A DNA stretch of 64,000 bases from Octopus vulgaris (lineage: Eukaryota), in the NCBI GenBank assembly GCA_951406725.2, contig OX597832.1, positions 71,114,001-71,178,000 on the forward strand, given 5' to 3'. The position numbers and the translations under genes are program-made. Positions 51,349 to 64,000 of this stretch are shown in pieces. The notes beneath the pieces are model-generated. The model searched no databases, was not told the DNA's origin, and saw only the letters and a program-made list of their open reading frames with translations. Position 1 is the stretch's first letter. Each line of letters starts with the position of its first letter.

Positions 51349-54340
51349 GCCACTAACCTGCTGAAAGCCACCAACCTGCTGAAAGCCACTAACCTGCTGA
51401 AAGCCACCAACCTGCTGAAAGCCACTGACCAGATCTGTGGCTGGTGCAAAGTCCCCACAAGACCCAAAATAACATGGTGGTGGAACAATACTGTTGACAG
51501 GGCTATTAGACAAAAGAAACAGGCTTGGAAGGACTGGAAGAACAGTGGTAGCAGGGAAGTGTATCAGACTGCAAGAAGGGAAGCTAGGAGGCAGGTTTAT
51601 TTAGCCAGAGGGGAAGCAGATAGGAAAAAATTTGCCAATGTCCTGCGTCGTGAGGATGAAAGACTTGAGGTATTTCGTATAGCAAGACAGTGTGTGAGAG
51701 AGAATCGTGACGTGGTAGGAGAAAAATGTGTTCGCACGGATGACGGCTCACTTGCGCTAAATGAGGATGCAAAGAGAGAGGTTTGGAGAAGCCACTATGA
51801 AAGGTTGCTGAATGAGGAAAATGAATGGGATAAAGAGAGTCTGCCGAATGTTGACCCAACAGAGGGACCAGCAATCCGAGTTGACAGTTCCTTAGTAGAT
51901 AAGGCAATTAAAAGCATGAAAACAGGGAAAGCCCCAGGCCCATCAGGAATTACTGCAGAGATGCTCAAAATATCTGGTAGTGTCGGCTATAGCCTAGTCA
52001 CCCGTATAGTTAACCAAGTGATACACGAAGGAGTCATTCCCAATGACTGGTGTAGCAGCATAATAGTCAGCTGCTACAAAGGTAAAGGTGACGCCCTAGA
52101 TACAAATAACTACAGGGGTATCAAGCTGCTGGATCAGGTAATGAAGGTTACGGAGAGGGTTATAGCCCAACTAATTAGAGAGAGAGTTAGCCTAGATCAG
52201 ATGCAGTTTGGGTTCGTGCCAGGGAAAAGTACTACTGACGCTATTTTCATGGTAAGACAGCTGCAAGAGAAATACCTAGCCAAAGACAAGCCCCTATACC
52301 TGGCTTTTGTTGATATGGAGAAAGCCTTCGACAGGGTCCCCCGATCCCTCATCTGGTGGTCAATGAGGAAACTAGGGATAGATGAATGGTTAGTGAAAGT
52401 TGTACAAGCCATGTACAGAGACGCTGCTAGTAAGGTGAGGGTTGGCACCGAGTACAGTGAAGAATTCAGGGTATAGGTTGGGGTCCACCAAGGTTCAGTC
52501 CTCAGTCCCCTCCTATTTATCATAGTCCTCCAGGCAATAACGGAGGAATTCAAGACAGGATGCCCCTGGGAGCTCCTCTATGCTGATGACCTTGCTCTAA
52601 TTGCTGAGTCTCTATCAGAACTAGAGGAGAAGTTTCAGGTATGGAAACAAGGTTTAGAATCGAAGGGCCTTAGAATCAACCTAGCCAAAACCAAAGTCCT
52701 AATAAGTAGGAAGGTAGACCAATCACAAACGCCTTCAGGTAGATGGCCCTGCTCGATCTGTAGAAAAGGTGTAGGTAGAAACTCTATAAGATGCACCAAG
52801 TGTAAGCTATGGACACATAAGAGGTGCAGCAATGTCAAAAGAAGGCTAACTAGGAAGATGGTTTTTGTATGTGGCAGATGCTCAGGAACAATTAACACTG
52901 AAAATGCTCTGAGACCAACTTCCGTCACTTTCCAGGGAGAAAAGCTAGAAGTAGTTGATAGTTTCCGTTACCTAGGTGACCAAGTCAGTAGCGGGGGCGG
53001 GTGCGCTGAAAGTATAACTGCTAGAGTAAGAATAGCCTGGGCAAAGTTTAGAGAGCTCTTACCCCTGCTGGTGACAAAAGGCCTCTCGCTCAAAGTAAAA
53101 GGCAGACTGTATGATGCATGTGTACGTACAGCCATGCTACATGGTAGTGAAACTTGGGCTGTGACTGCTGAGGATTTGCATAAGCTCGCAAGAAATGAAG
53201 CTAGTATGCTCCGATGGATGTGTAACATCAGTGTTCATAATCGACAGAGTGTAAGTACCTTGAGAGAAAAGTTGAACCTAAGAAGCATCAGTTGTTGTGT
53301 GCAAGAGAGACGTATGCGCTGGTATGGTCATGTGATGAGAATGGCTGAAGATAGTTGTGTGCGAAAGTGCCACACCCTGGCAGTTGAGGGGACCTGTGGA
53401 AGAGGTAGACCCAGGAAAACCTGGGTCGAGGCGGTGAAGCACGACCTTCGAACTTTAGGTCTCACCAAAGAAATGACCAGTGACCGAGACCTTTGGAAGT
53501 ATGCTGTGCGTGAGAAAACCCGGCAAGACCAGTGAGAACAGTCAAAATCAAAATCAAACCAAATTGAGGTCGATCAACATCAGGGCCCCCGTGCAGGTGA
53601 CACGTAAAAGCACCATCCGTTCGTAGCCGTTTGCCAGCCCTGTCTAGCCCCTGTGTCGGTGGCACGTAAAAGCACCAGCCGTTTGTGTTCGTTGCCAGCC
53701 TGGCCTGGCGCCCGTGCCGGTGACACGTAAAAGCACCATCCGTTTGTGGCCGTTTGGCAGCCCTGTCTGGCCCCCATGTCGGTGACATGTAAAAGCACCA
53801 TCCGTTTCGTGGCCGTTTGCCAGCTCTGTCTGGCCCCCGTGCCGGTGACACGTAAAAGCACCATCCGTTCATGGCCGTTTGCCAGCCCTGTCTGGCCCCC
53901 ATGTCGGTGACATGTAAAAGCACCATCCGTTCGTGGCCGTTTGCCAGCCCTGTCTGGCCCCCATGTCGGTGACATGTAAAAGCACCATCCGTTCGTGGCC
54001 GTTTGCCAGCTCTGTCTGGCCCCCGTGTTGGTGGCACGTAAAAGCACCATCCGTTCGTGTCCGTTGCCAGCCTCGCCTGGCCCCGTGCCGGTGACACGTA
54101 AAAGCACCATCCGTTCGTGGCCGTTTGCCAGCTCTGTCTGGCACCTGTGCGGGTGGCACGTAAAAAGCACCCACTACACTCACGGAGTGGTTGGCGTTAG
54201 GAAGGGCATCCAGCCGTAGAAACACTGCCAGATCTGACTGGGCCTGATGAAGCCTTCCAGCTTCACAGACCCCAGTTGAACCGTCCAACCCATGCTAGCA
54301 TGGACAACGGACACTAAATGATGATGATGATGATGATGAT
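51349..54340 (+). mobile_element. RTE family B LINE, 5'-truncated, little-decayed copy
   Basis: One frame runs to 53535 with a single TAG at 52474-52476. Motifs YKGKGD..NYRGIKLL, QFGF, FVDMEKAFDRV, HQGSVLSPLLF, LYADD, PHD finger, RWYGHV..GRPRKTW. (ATG)n tail. Confidence 0.95.
53585..54170 (+). repeat. ~60-bp GC-rich minisatellite in the RTE 3'UTR (9-10 units)
   Basis: Unit approx GGCCCCCGTGCCGGTGACACGTAAAAGCACCATCCGTTCGTGGCCGTTTGCCAGCCCTGTCT. Confidence 0.9.
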
Positions 54341-54443
54341 GTAAAAAATGTAATATATAAATAAATATCTATAAATATGAACCATCCGATCTGATTACCT
54401 CATTTTTTCTAATATATAATACCTGTACATCATCTCCAAACCT

Positions 54444-54513
<70 letters not shown>

Positions 54514-54522
54514 ATATATATA

Positions 54523-56777
54523 TATCATCATCATCATAATCATCGTTTAACGTCCGCTTTCCTGCTAGCAGGGGTTGGACGATTCTGACTGAGGGCTGGC
54601 GAGCCAGATGGCTGCACCAGGCTCCAATCATTCTACAGCTGGATGCCCTTCCTAACGCCAACCACTCCGAGAGTGTACTGGGTGATTTTTATGTGCCACT
54701 AGCACAGGGGCCAGTCAGGCGGTACTGGCAACGACCTCGCTCGAATCTTTTTACGCGTGCCAGTGAAGCGATGTTGGTAACGATCACACTCGAATGGTGC
54801 TCTTTTACGTGCCACAGGTACGGAAGCCAGTTGGCTGCTCTGGCAATGATCATGCTCGGATGGTGCTCTTGGCAACCTACTAGCACAGGCATAAGTGCCA
54901 GTAAGGCGATGCTGGTAATGATCATACTCGAATACCCGCTCTGCCAATGATCACACTTGTATGGTGCACTTTGCACCCCGCTAACACGGATGCCAGTCAT
55001 CGAATTGATTTTGATTTTGATTTCATTTGCCTCAACAGGTCTTCGCAAGCAGGGTTTAGTGACCAAAGAAGGAAAAGGTACACATAAGCGGGCTGGTTAT
55101 GCTCCTGGCATAGGTCACAGGTTATGGTCTCATCTGGCTTGCCGGGTCTTCTCGAGCACAGCATATTTCCAAAAGTCTCAGTCGCTGGTCATTTCCTTGG
55201 TGAGGCATAATGTTCGAAGATCATGCTTCACCACTTCATCCCAGATCTTCCTGGGTCTACCTCTTCCACAGGTTCCCTCAACCGCTAGGATGTGGCACTT
55301 TTTTATGCAGCTATCCTCATCCATTCTTGCCACATGACCATACCAGCGTAGTCGTCTCTCTTGCACATCACATCAAATGCTTCTTATGTCCAACTTTCTC
55401 TCAAGGTACTTACACTCTGTCGAGTATGCACACTGACATTACACATCCAGCAGAGCATAATGGCTTCATTCCTTGCGAGCTTACGCATGTCCTCAGCAGT
55501 CACAGCCCATGTTTCACTGCCGTGTAGCATGGCTGTTTGTACACAAGCGTCATACAGTCTACCTTTTACTCTGAGCGAGGGGCCCTTTGTCAACAGCAGA
55601 GGTAAGAGCTCTCTGAACTTTGCCCAAGCTATTCTTATTCTAGCAGCTACACTTTCAGTGCACCTTCCTTCGCTACTGACTTGGTCACCTAGATAAGGGA
55701 AGCTATCAACTACTTCTAGTTTTTCTCCCTGAAATGTGGCGGAAGTTGGTCTCTGCACATTTTCAGTGTTTATTGCTCCTGAGCATCTGCCACATACAAA
55801 ACCTATCTTCCCAGTTAGCCTTCCTTTGATATTACTGCACCTCTTATGTGTCCATAGCTTACAGTGGGTACATCTTATAGAGTTTCAACCTACGCCTCTA
55901 CTACAGATTGAGCAGGGCCATCTACCTGAAGGGATTTGTGGTTTGCCTGCCTTCCTACTTATTAGGACTTTGGTTTTAGCTAGGTTGATTTTAAGGCCCT
56001 TCGATTCTAATCCTTGTTTCCAAACTTGAAACTTCTCCTCTAGTTCTGATAGTGACTCAGCAATTAGAGCAAGGTCGTCAGCATAGAGAAGTTCCCAGGG
56101 GCATCATGTCTTGAATTCCTCCATTATTGCCTGGAGGACTATGATAAATAGGAGGGGGCTGAGGACTGAACCCTGGTGGACCCCAACCTCTACCCGGAAT
56201 TCTTCAGTGTACTTGTTGCCAACCCTCACCTCACTTACAGCGTCCCTGTACAATGCTTGCACAGCTCTCACTAACCATTCATCTATCCCTAGTTTCCTCA
56301 TTGACCACCAGATAAGGGATCGAGGGACCCTGTCAAAGACTTTTTCCATGTCAACGAAAGCCAGGTACAGGGGCTTATCTTTGGCTAGGTATTTCTCCTG
56401 CAGCTATCTCACCAGAAATATGGCATCAGTGGTGCTTTTTCCTGGCTCAAAACCAAACTGCATCTCATCCAAGTTGACTCTCTCGCTAATCAGTTGGGCT
56501 ATGACCCTCTCTGTAACCTTCATTACCTGATCCAACAGCTTGATACCTCTGTAATTATTTGTATCTAGGGCGTCACCTTTACCTTTGTAGCAGTTGACTA
56601 TTATGCTGCTATACCAGTCATTGGGTATGACTCCTTCATGTATCACCTGGTTAACTATACGGGTGACTAGGCTATAGCCGACACTACCAGATATTTTGAG
56701 CATCTCTGCAGTAATTCCTGATGGGCCTGGGGCTTTCCCTGTCTTCATACTTCTAATTGCCTTAACTACCAAGGAAC
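54523..56777 (-). mobile_element. RTE family B LINE, 5'-truncated, convergent with the 51349-54340 copy
   Basis: SSLVVKAIRSMKTGKAPGPSG.., MEKVFDRVPRS.., PHD region, RLRWYGHV.., with several frameshifts. (ATG)n-like tail. Confidence 0.93.
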
Positions 56778-56779
56778 TG

Positions 56780-56835
<56 letters not shown>

Positions 56836-56840
56836 TACAC

Positions 56841-57029
56841 AGGCACAGGTGTGGCTGTGTGGATTCCCAATCACATAGTTCCACGTTCAGTCTCACTTTA
56901 TGGCACTTTGTGTAAATGTCTTCTACTTTAGCCTTAGGCCAAGAAAAGCCCTGTAAGTGGATTTCACAGAGTGAAACTGAAAGCCTGTCATATATGTATG
57001 TATGTATGTATGTGTGTATGTATGTATGT

Positions 57030-57078
<49 letters not shown>

Positions 57079-57290
57079 TGTGTGTCCATGTTGTTTGTCC
57101 CCCGCAAGTGCTTGACAACAAGTGCTGGCGTCTTTAAGTCCATGTAACTTAGTGGTTCAGCAAAAGTGATTGACAGAATAAGTACCAGACTTCAAGGGAA
57201 ATAAGTACTGGGGTCAATTCATTTGACTGAAATTTTTGCCCCAGTATGGTCGGAATTTAATGACTGAAAGAATTGAAAGATAAAAGATTT
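56841..57290 (+). mobile_element. CORE-like tRNA SINE, degenerate
   Basis: AGGCACAGGTGTGGCTGTGTGG..GTTCAGTCTC, internal (TG)n, tail GACTGAAAG..AAAGATAAAAG. Confidence 0.75.
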
Positions 57291-58429
57291 ATGATAACAA
57301 ATTAAGTATTTTGTAGATAAACAAATGGGACACTACACACACTCATCTAGAAAGTCACGTCAGTGCATACACGTGTGTGTGTGTATGCATGTGTGTTTTG
57401 TACAGACAAATATCCAAAGGTGTAAACAGTTCAACAAGGTAAGTGGTTGGTTTGTCAGTTGGTAAAGAAAGAGAGAAAGAAAGAAAAAGAAATGAAGGAA
57501 GGAAAGAACAAAGAAAGTAGAAATGAAAAATACAAGAGATGCAAGAAGAAAAAAATGGGAAAATAAAGAAAGAACGACAACTGGACTTTAATAGACAAAG
57601 ATCATGAGATTATGAGTAAAAGACAAGAAAAATCAAGAGATGATGGGAGAAAAGGAGTGGAAAGTTGGTGGGTGGAGGGGGTTCTAGTTCTTTTTGTTTT
57701 CTATTTTTTTATATTTTATATTTTGTTTGATTTTTGTCAATTTCAATCAAATAATTCTTAATTCCTCAACTTATGGTTATGTGCGTGTGTGTGTGTGTGT
57801 GCACATGTCTGTATGTATATGTATGTCTGAGTGTGTATGTGTGTAAGAGGGTGGAGTTGTTAACAGGTGTTTAAATCTTAAACACCAAGAAGGGAGAGGA
57901 AAGAAAGGGGGAAGAGAGAAGAGAAGAAAAGAAAAACAAAAGGAAGTAGAATAAGTGTAAACAAGTCAACTACAACAAGATGATGTGTATGTGTGTGTGT
58001 ATACAAAACATGTATAGGTCTATTTGACCTATGTAAATATATATAAGAATTAAAGGTGGTTCTAATGTTATTATTATTATTACATATATATATATATATA
58101 TGCACACACACACACACACACATACATATATACATCAGTGTTGGCCACACTTACCATATGTGGTCCTGTTTGTTTACAGTTTTGCATTGCAGTTGCTTAA
58201 AATAGTGGCACTATGTTGAATACTGATGATAGTGATAGTAGTATTGGTATTGTAGCTGTGGTGGTGGTGGTGGTGGTGATAATATTTAACATGAATATTC
58301 TGGCAGAATCACTGCAATTTCAAAAGGTGTGAGCTGTTGTTTAATCCTAGGTTAGTCATGACATAACACACCTGTAATCAAAAGGATTCCAAACATGATC
58401 ATCCTGATTATAGCATTCCCTTTGTCTCT

Positions 58430-58639
58430 CTATCTCTTTACTCTTTCATTTGTTTCAGTCATTTGACTGCGGCCATGCTAGAGCACCGCCTTTTAGTCAA
58501 GCAAAGCCTAGTACTTATTCTATCGGTCTCTTTTGCCAAACCACTAAGTTACAGGGACATAAACCACTAAGTTACAGGGACATAAATACACCAGCATCAG
58601 TTGTGAAGCAATGGTGGGGGGACAAACACAGACACACAA

Positions 58640-58686
<47 letters not shown>

Positions 58687-58855
58687 TACGACGGGCTTCT
58701 TTCAGTTTCCATCTACCAAATCCACTCACAAGGCTTTGGTCGGGCCGAGGTTATAGTAGAAGACATTTGCCCAAGGTGCCACGCAGTCGGACTGAACCCA
58801 GAACCATGTGGTTGGTAAGCAAGCTACTTACCACACAGCCACTGCTATGCCTATA
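58430..58855 (-). mobile_element. CORE-like tRNA SINE, near full-length
   Basis: Colinear with 38990-39364, with an internal AAACCACTAAGTTACAGGGACAT duplication. Confidence 0.85.
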
Positions 58856-59819
58856 GCAGCAGCAACAGCAATAACAACAACAAAACTGCAATTCCATCAA
58901 CAGCAGCCCCATTGCCATCAGATCAGTAGCAGCAGCATCATTACTGCAATAACCAGAAAACAAAATATCCTAACCACTATAATGACAGCAACAACAACAT
59001 TAAGAAAACCAAAATTACCACCAAAAACAACAACTATTACTGTAATGTTTATCTGGCAATAGTTTGCTGACATTTTCCCTGTATTTCTAAACAATTTAAT
59101 CATCAAATTTATTTCTAATGCATCTATAAGGAATAATTATAAAAGACAAGAACAAGAAATCAAGTCAAACCCATGACGGCATGGAAAGTGGATGTTCAAA
59201 CAAGGAAGATGACGATGAAGATGGGGAGAATGGTGGTGGCAGTGATGATGATAGTTGTGATGGCAATGATGGTGATGAAAAGTGTCAAACATGTTTGTCT
59301 TTTTAAAATTCTAAGGTAGTTTGCAGGCCGGTCAACTTCATAAAGGCTTTGTTGTATAGTTAGCACAGTTGCCTAGCAACACTTAGAAGACACTTGTCCA
59401 AAGTATTTTGCAGAAGGATTAAACTCAGTATCTCATGAGCACAAAACAAACTCATTAATCTTTCAGCTATACCTGCAATTACTACACAGCATAAATACAG
59501 AGCCCTACTCACACACACACACACACACAAGACAAACCTGGAGAGGGAACAAGAAGATTGGGCAGCAGACAACTAAGCAAAAAAGGGAGACAATCTATGA
59601 AGGAAAGTAAATGAGCAGCCAAAAGCATCAGACCACAAGCTAAAGGAGCAGACAGGGTGTGAGATCAAAATGGCAAAGGAATTGAAGAAACAACCAAGCT
59701 GCCAAGCACACCATACAACAAAACAAGAAAATATTCAACTAATTAAGGGCAGCCAACAACCAAGATATTAATTAGCTGGGGTAACAGACAAATCTAGGCC
59801 ATGTCCCACTCCAGCAGAT

Positions 59820-60240
59820 ATTTTAAGTGTCTCGGAGATGATTCCTGATTGGCTAAAGCTGTCTTCATATCCTTCATTGCTTTATCTATCATGTTACTGC
59901 CAACTGATGAATGGTCTCTCAGTAGAGCTCACATTAAGAAGACATTTCTCCTCCCATGCATTCTCCACATGTAGCAGCTTTCCATAGTGACACTTCCATG
60001 CCTCTTTCTTTACAGAATCATTAAGTGCAAGTGTCATCATCATCCATCGGAACACACTTCTCTCTTGCAACATCATCATCATTTTCTCTGACTCTCTCTT
60101 ACAATCTACAATACCTCATACCTCTTGTCCACACACAACAGAATTTTGGCAAACGTCTTCACTTTTACTTCTCCCTTTACTAAATGTAATAGTTGCCAAG
60201 CTTTCCTTCTCTGCTACCACCACTCTTCCACTCCTTCCGT
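59820..60240 (-). mobile_element. Old RTE family B-related fragment
   Basis: LALNDSVKKEAWKCHYGKLLHVENAWEEKCLLNV aligns by eye with LALNEDAKREVWRSHYERLLNEENEWDKESLPNV. Confidence 0.65.
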
Positions 60241-60757
60241 GCTTGTTTCTTTGCTTGTGTGTGTATGTGTGTGTAATTATAAATAAGGGCCCTTATTTAT
60301 AATTGTATTTAAAATTTCACCGTAAAAGGTATTTTTCATATGCTGGCCACTGATAAAGTTTTATCCTTATATTAGAAGTATATATATGTCTGGACACAGA
60401 ATATAATTTGTTTTTTAAATAATTATTTTAAATTTCCTCCTCCTCATCATCATCATCATCAGCAGCAGCAGCAGCAGCATCTTATGTTGTTTTTAAATCT
60501 TCTTGAAATGAGTTTTGCTTAAAGCTTCTTCCATCTGTTCTTGAGATGAAAACTACTTCACAACTTTTTGACTATTTTTTATGATGATGGATGATGACAA
60601 TGACGATGATGATGATCATCATCATCATATCAGTATAGTTTATTTTCTTGTTGTTCTTCTTCTTATTGTTATTATTTGTTATCATCGCCGTCATCATTAT
60701 ATTATTTTTTTGTTGTTGTTGTTGTTGTTCTTATTTTTGTTATCATCATCGTCATCA

Positions 60758-60809
<52 letters not shown>

Positions 60810-63101
60810 CATCATTGCTCTTTTCAAGCTGTGATGGGTTGCAATAATTGTTAGAGCATCATAAAAATATGTTTTAAGGTATTTCTTTTCACTCTACATC
60901 CTGAGCAGGATCAAATGAAAGTCTACTTTACTTTTCAAGATTAACAAACAGAGCAGCAGTCAAGCATATTGTGCTCAATGCTATTAACTGACCCCTTCTT
61001 CCTAGAATTGTGGTCTTTGTGTCTAAATCTGAAACAGTTATCATCATCATCATCATCATCATCATCATTATATAATTGTTCAACATTTGATAGTTTGAGG
61101 CAAGTTTCTACTACATCACTTGCTGCTACACCTCCATGTTGCTAGGGTGTGTAGCATCGTGTGTTCTTTTCTGCTGTTGGCAGTGCACAAACACTCCCTA
61201 GTGTTGTATTGTGCTAGTTTTTTTATTTTTATTTTTCCTAGAGGTGTGGAACAGTTTTCTACAGCTGGCTGCCCTTCCGAACACCAATTACTTTACAAAG
61301 TGTACAGGCAGAGTCACTATGCAACTTGAAAGACAAGACAAAGTCCTTCAACCGAGAAGGTGAGTGATATTGAGGGAGGTGGCTTTTCCTAGAGGTGCGG
61401 TACAGTCTTTTGTTATGTTGTTGCTTATACTGTGTATTAAGTGTGTAATGCGTTGGTTATTGCATTGCTGGTGGGAGTTTATTTGATTGGGTTAATATTT
61501 CAGTTGTTTCAGAATGACATTGATTCCCATCCTGACCCACCTGATAAACACTTGAAATGACCAAATCCTCCTTTGACCAGGTGACTGCCACAAACACATT
61601 AAATCTGAAGATTAGGTATATATTCAAAGTTTTTAGGTCACTATGTGACTTCCTTTTCTTTCCAAGTTTCCCTTTGGATCACATTCTATTTATGTCTCAT
61701 TGAAGATTTTTATTTCCTTCTCTACAAATTTACAAACTGTGCATCAACACATGAAAATGGTCTTTTTTTTATCCTTTTTTTTATCATTTGATGAAGAAGA
61801 TTTTATTTGGTTATACAGCTCACATGTCACCAGCCAATTTGAAGTCCCTGTGTAATTGTGTGTGTGTGTAATGTTCACAAAAGACTTTGATAAATGTAGG
61901 TGAGGAGTTAAGCAAAACACATGACATAATGTCAGTGAATGGAAACAAAAAGAGAAAAGATGTTGTATTACCTTACATATGGCTGCTTAATGATCCTAAA
62001 ATATTTGGGGGAAAAATTCCCCTTTTCAAACAGAAGAGGCAAAATAAGAGTTTAGGAAAATGGGTTATCTGAAGGTCTGCTGATAACAAAACATCAACCT
62101 TATTTACATATATTGCAATGCTTCAAGCAAATTACACAATGCTCTTTTGTCGTTCATATGCACACATACACAAACATATATATATATACACAAACACATG
62201 TTGTGTGTGTGTGCATGCATGTGTGTGTGCATGCGTGTGTGTGTGTGAATTGTTTCTCTTCTTTGATGGTAGCCCTAAACCTGTTGCTCAGTTTAACACC
62301 ATAATGACTAAAGTGAAGTTCCTTCCAATTACTACTGAGGCCAAGTCTCTCTGCTCCAAGGATGCCATCATCTCTTTCTTACATCTGTTTCAGAGGCTCC
62401 TAAACAAAACCTTATCTGCCATGCCTTTCCTCCTCTCACTAAACTTGTTCTTGTTTAATCATGAGTCAACCCTTATTATTCTATTCATGGCTATCCTGCC
62501 TCTTTATATAATTATGACTACTATACTGTCCAGTATATCCTTTACTTCTTTTAGAAAGTGAAATTTGAGGGAGATCTGGTGGTTATTTATAGTGGGTTGA
62601 GCTACCACATATGGGTCCCTTCTGTGCAGCAGGTCAGCCTCAATCTGACTGAATTATTACCAAATGGGTTGAAGCAATTGCAACAGTTTCTTTTTTTTTT
62701 CATTTTTGACATAATGAATTTAGGACTGTCCTATGCAATATGACCATCTTTTTTTAAGATAGTATGATACTATTTGAGGATTTGGTTGCTATTTCCAACG
62801 GTCAAGTGACAACAAAGATGTTCCTTCGTTGGTGTAAGAGACTAGGATGTGATTGTGATAGTATGGTTTGGTACAGAGAATTACAGGAATCAGACTGAAC
62901 AACATTCTACAACACTAGTAAAATGTGCTAACCTGCAAACCAACTCTATTTTATCTGCATATCATACAATATTAGATTACTTGGGAATCTTGACTGTTAA
63001 CTTGTGTATATGTGCATGCATAATATCAGCTTTGAAATAATGTAAATAGGTAAATAGATAGATGGATAGATATATGGATTATAAAATATATATATATATA
63101 C

Positions 63102-63155
63102 AGTCCAACCCATGCTAGCATGGAAAACGGACGCTAAACGATGATGATGATGATA
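63102..63155 (+). mobile_element. Extreme 3' tail of RTE family B
   Basis: GTCCAACCCATGCTAGCATGGAAAACGGACGCTAAACGATGATGATG. Confidence 0.75.
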
Positions 63156-63759
63156 CATAAGGAGCCATATACATATATGCATATGCAGATACACAAATAC
63201 ATATGTATTGCCTGTAAGGGTACATCTGAAATATGTGTTTGTGCACACACACTCAAGACATATCAGCATATCATCATCATCATTTAATGACCATGTTCAA
63301 TGCAGATAGATGTATACATACACACACAGACACATAAATAAATACATACAGATATGTTTTTGACTTTCTCACAAGAGGTTTCTTTTTAATATTCTTTGCG
63401 GTGTTAAAGAGAAAATAGTGCAATGTGATGTGGTCCACTTCCACCAGAGACCACCCAACCATCCCATACTATATTTCCTTGGCTCTTATTGCAGTAAACA
63501 AAAAATATTCTAAGAAGGCAATGGCAAAGCTGAAGAAAACGACTCACGGCCACAATAGTGGAATGGAAGTATATTCCACATGGATATTGTCGGTTGTTTA
63601 CTAGATTCTTGCTCCTTTGAGCATGAATAGCGTGATACGTATGAGTGTCAGTCTATCTCTCTCTCTCTATATATATATATATACGCGCACACACCTATAT
63701 AAATAGATATGTATATATATAAATATATATATATGTGTATATACATAAATACAAATATA

Positions 63760-63985
63760 TATATGTATACACACATATATACATATACCTATATGTAAAG
63801 ATATATATATACATATATATATGCAAATATAAATATGTATACACACATATATACATATACCTATATGTAAAGATATATATATACATATATATATGCAAAT
63901 ATAAATATGTATACACACATATATACATATACCTATATGTAAAGATATATATATATATACATATATATATGCAAATATAAATACA
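63760..63985. repeat. 72-bp TA-derived minisatellite, about 3 copies
   Basis: ACCTATATGTAAAG recurs at 72-bp spacing. Confidence 0.8.
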
Positions 63986-64000
63986 TATATATATATAGAT

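Noticed and set aside
53585-54170. CRISPR-like regular repeats
   Set aside because: No unique spacers and no cas genes. It is a minisatellite in a LINE 3'UTR.
54241-54275. CTGATGA in the RTE tail as a hammerhead
   Set aside because: No stem II-GAAA follows, and other copies read CTGGTGCA.
62118-62561. 147-aa ORF
   Set aside because: It starts in TA/TG repeats and has no recognisable motif or splice support.

Overview
This is an AT-rich, repeat-saturated animal genomic window. The SINE/LINE repertoire suggests a coleoid cephalopod such as Octopus (inference). I can support no host protein-coding gene, and the long YI/TH/CV/LS 'ORFs' are microsatellite translations. Contents: (i) six copies of one CR1/L2-group APE-RT LINE (family A), each ending in (TA)n; (ii) a near full-length related LINE (about 8714-13454) whose ORF1 reads as a Myb/SANT-like trihelix motif, a Q/T-rich linker and two CCCH zinc fingers; (iii) a BovB-like RTE fragment and many copies of a second RTE family with a PHD finger after the RT, a minisatellite 3'UTR and an (ATG)n tail; (iv) tRNA-derived SINEs whose tails match LINE tails in this same window; (v) three foldback elements and two further remnants carrying minimal type I hammerhead-ribozyme motifs, read as Penelope-like pseudo-LTR remnants; (vi) a non-autonomous Helitron, a mariner transposase relic, a ~0.5 kb tandem repeat, very long (TA)n/(CA)n/(GA)n tracts and a 100-N gap. 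Family assignments come from motif reading only, without database searches.
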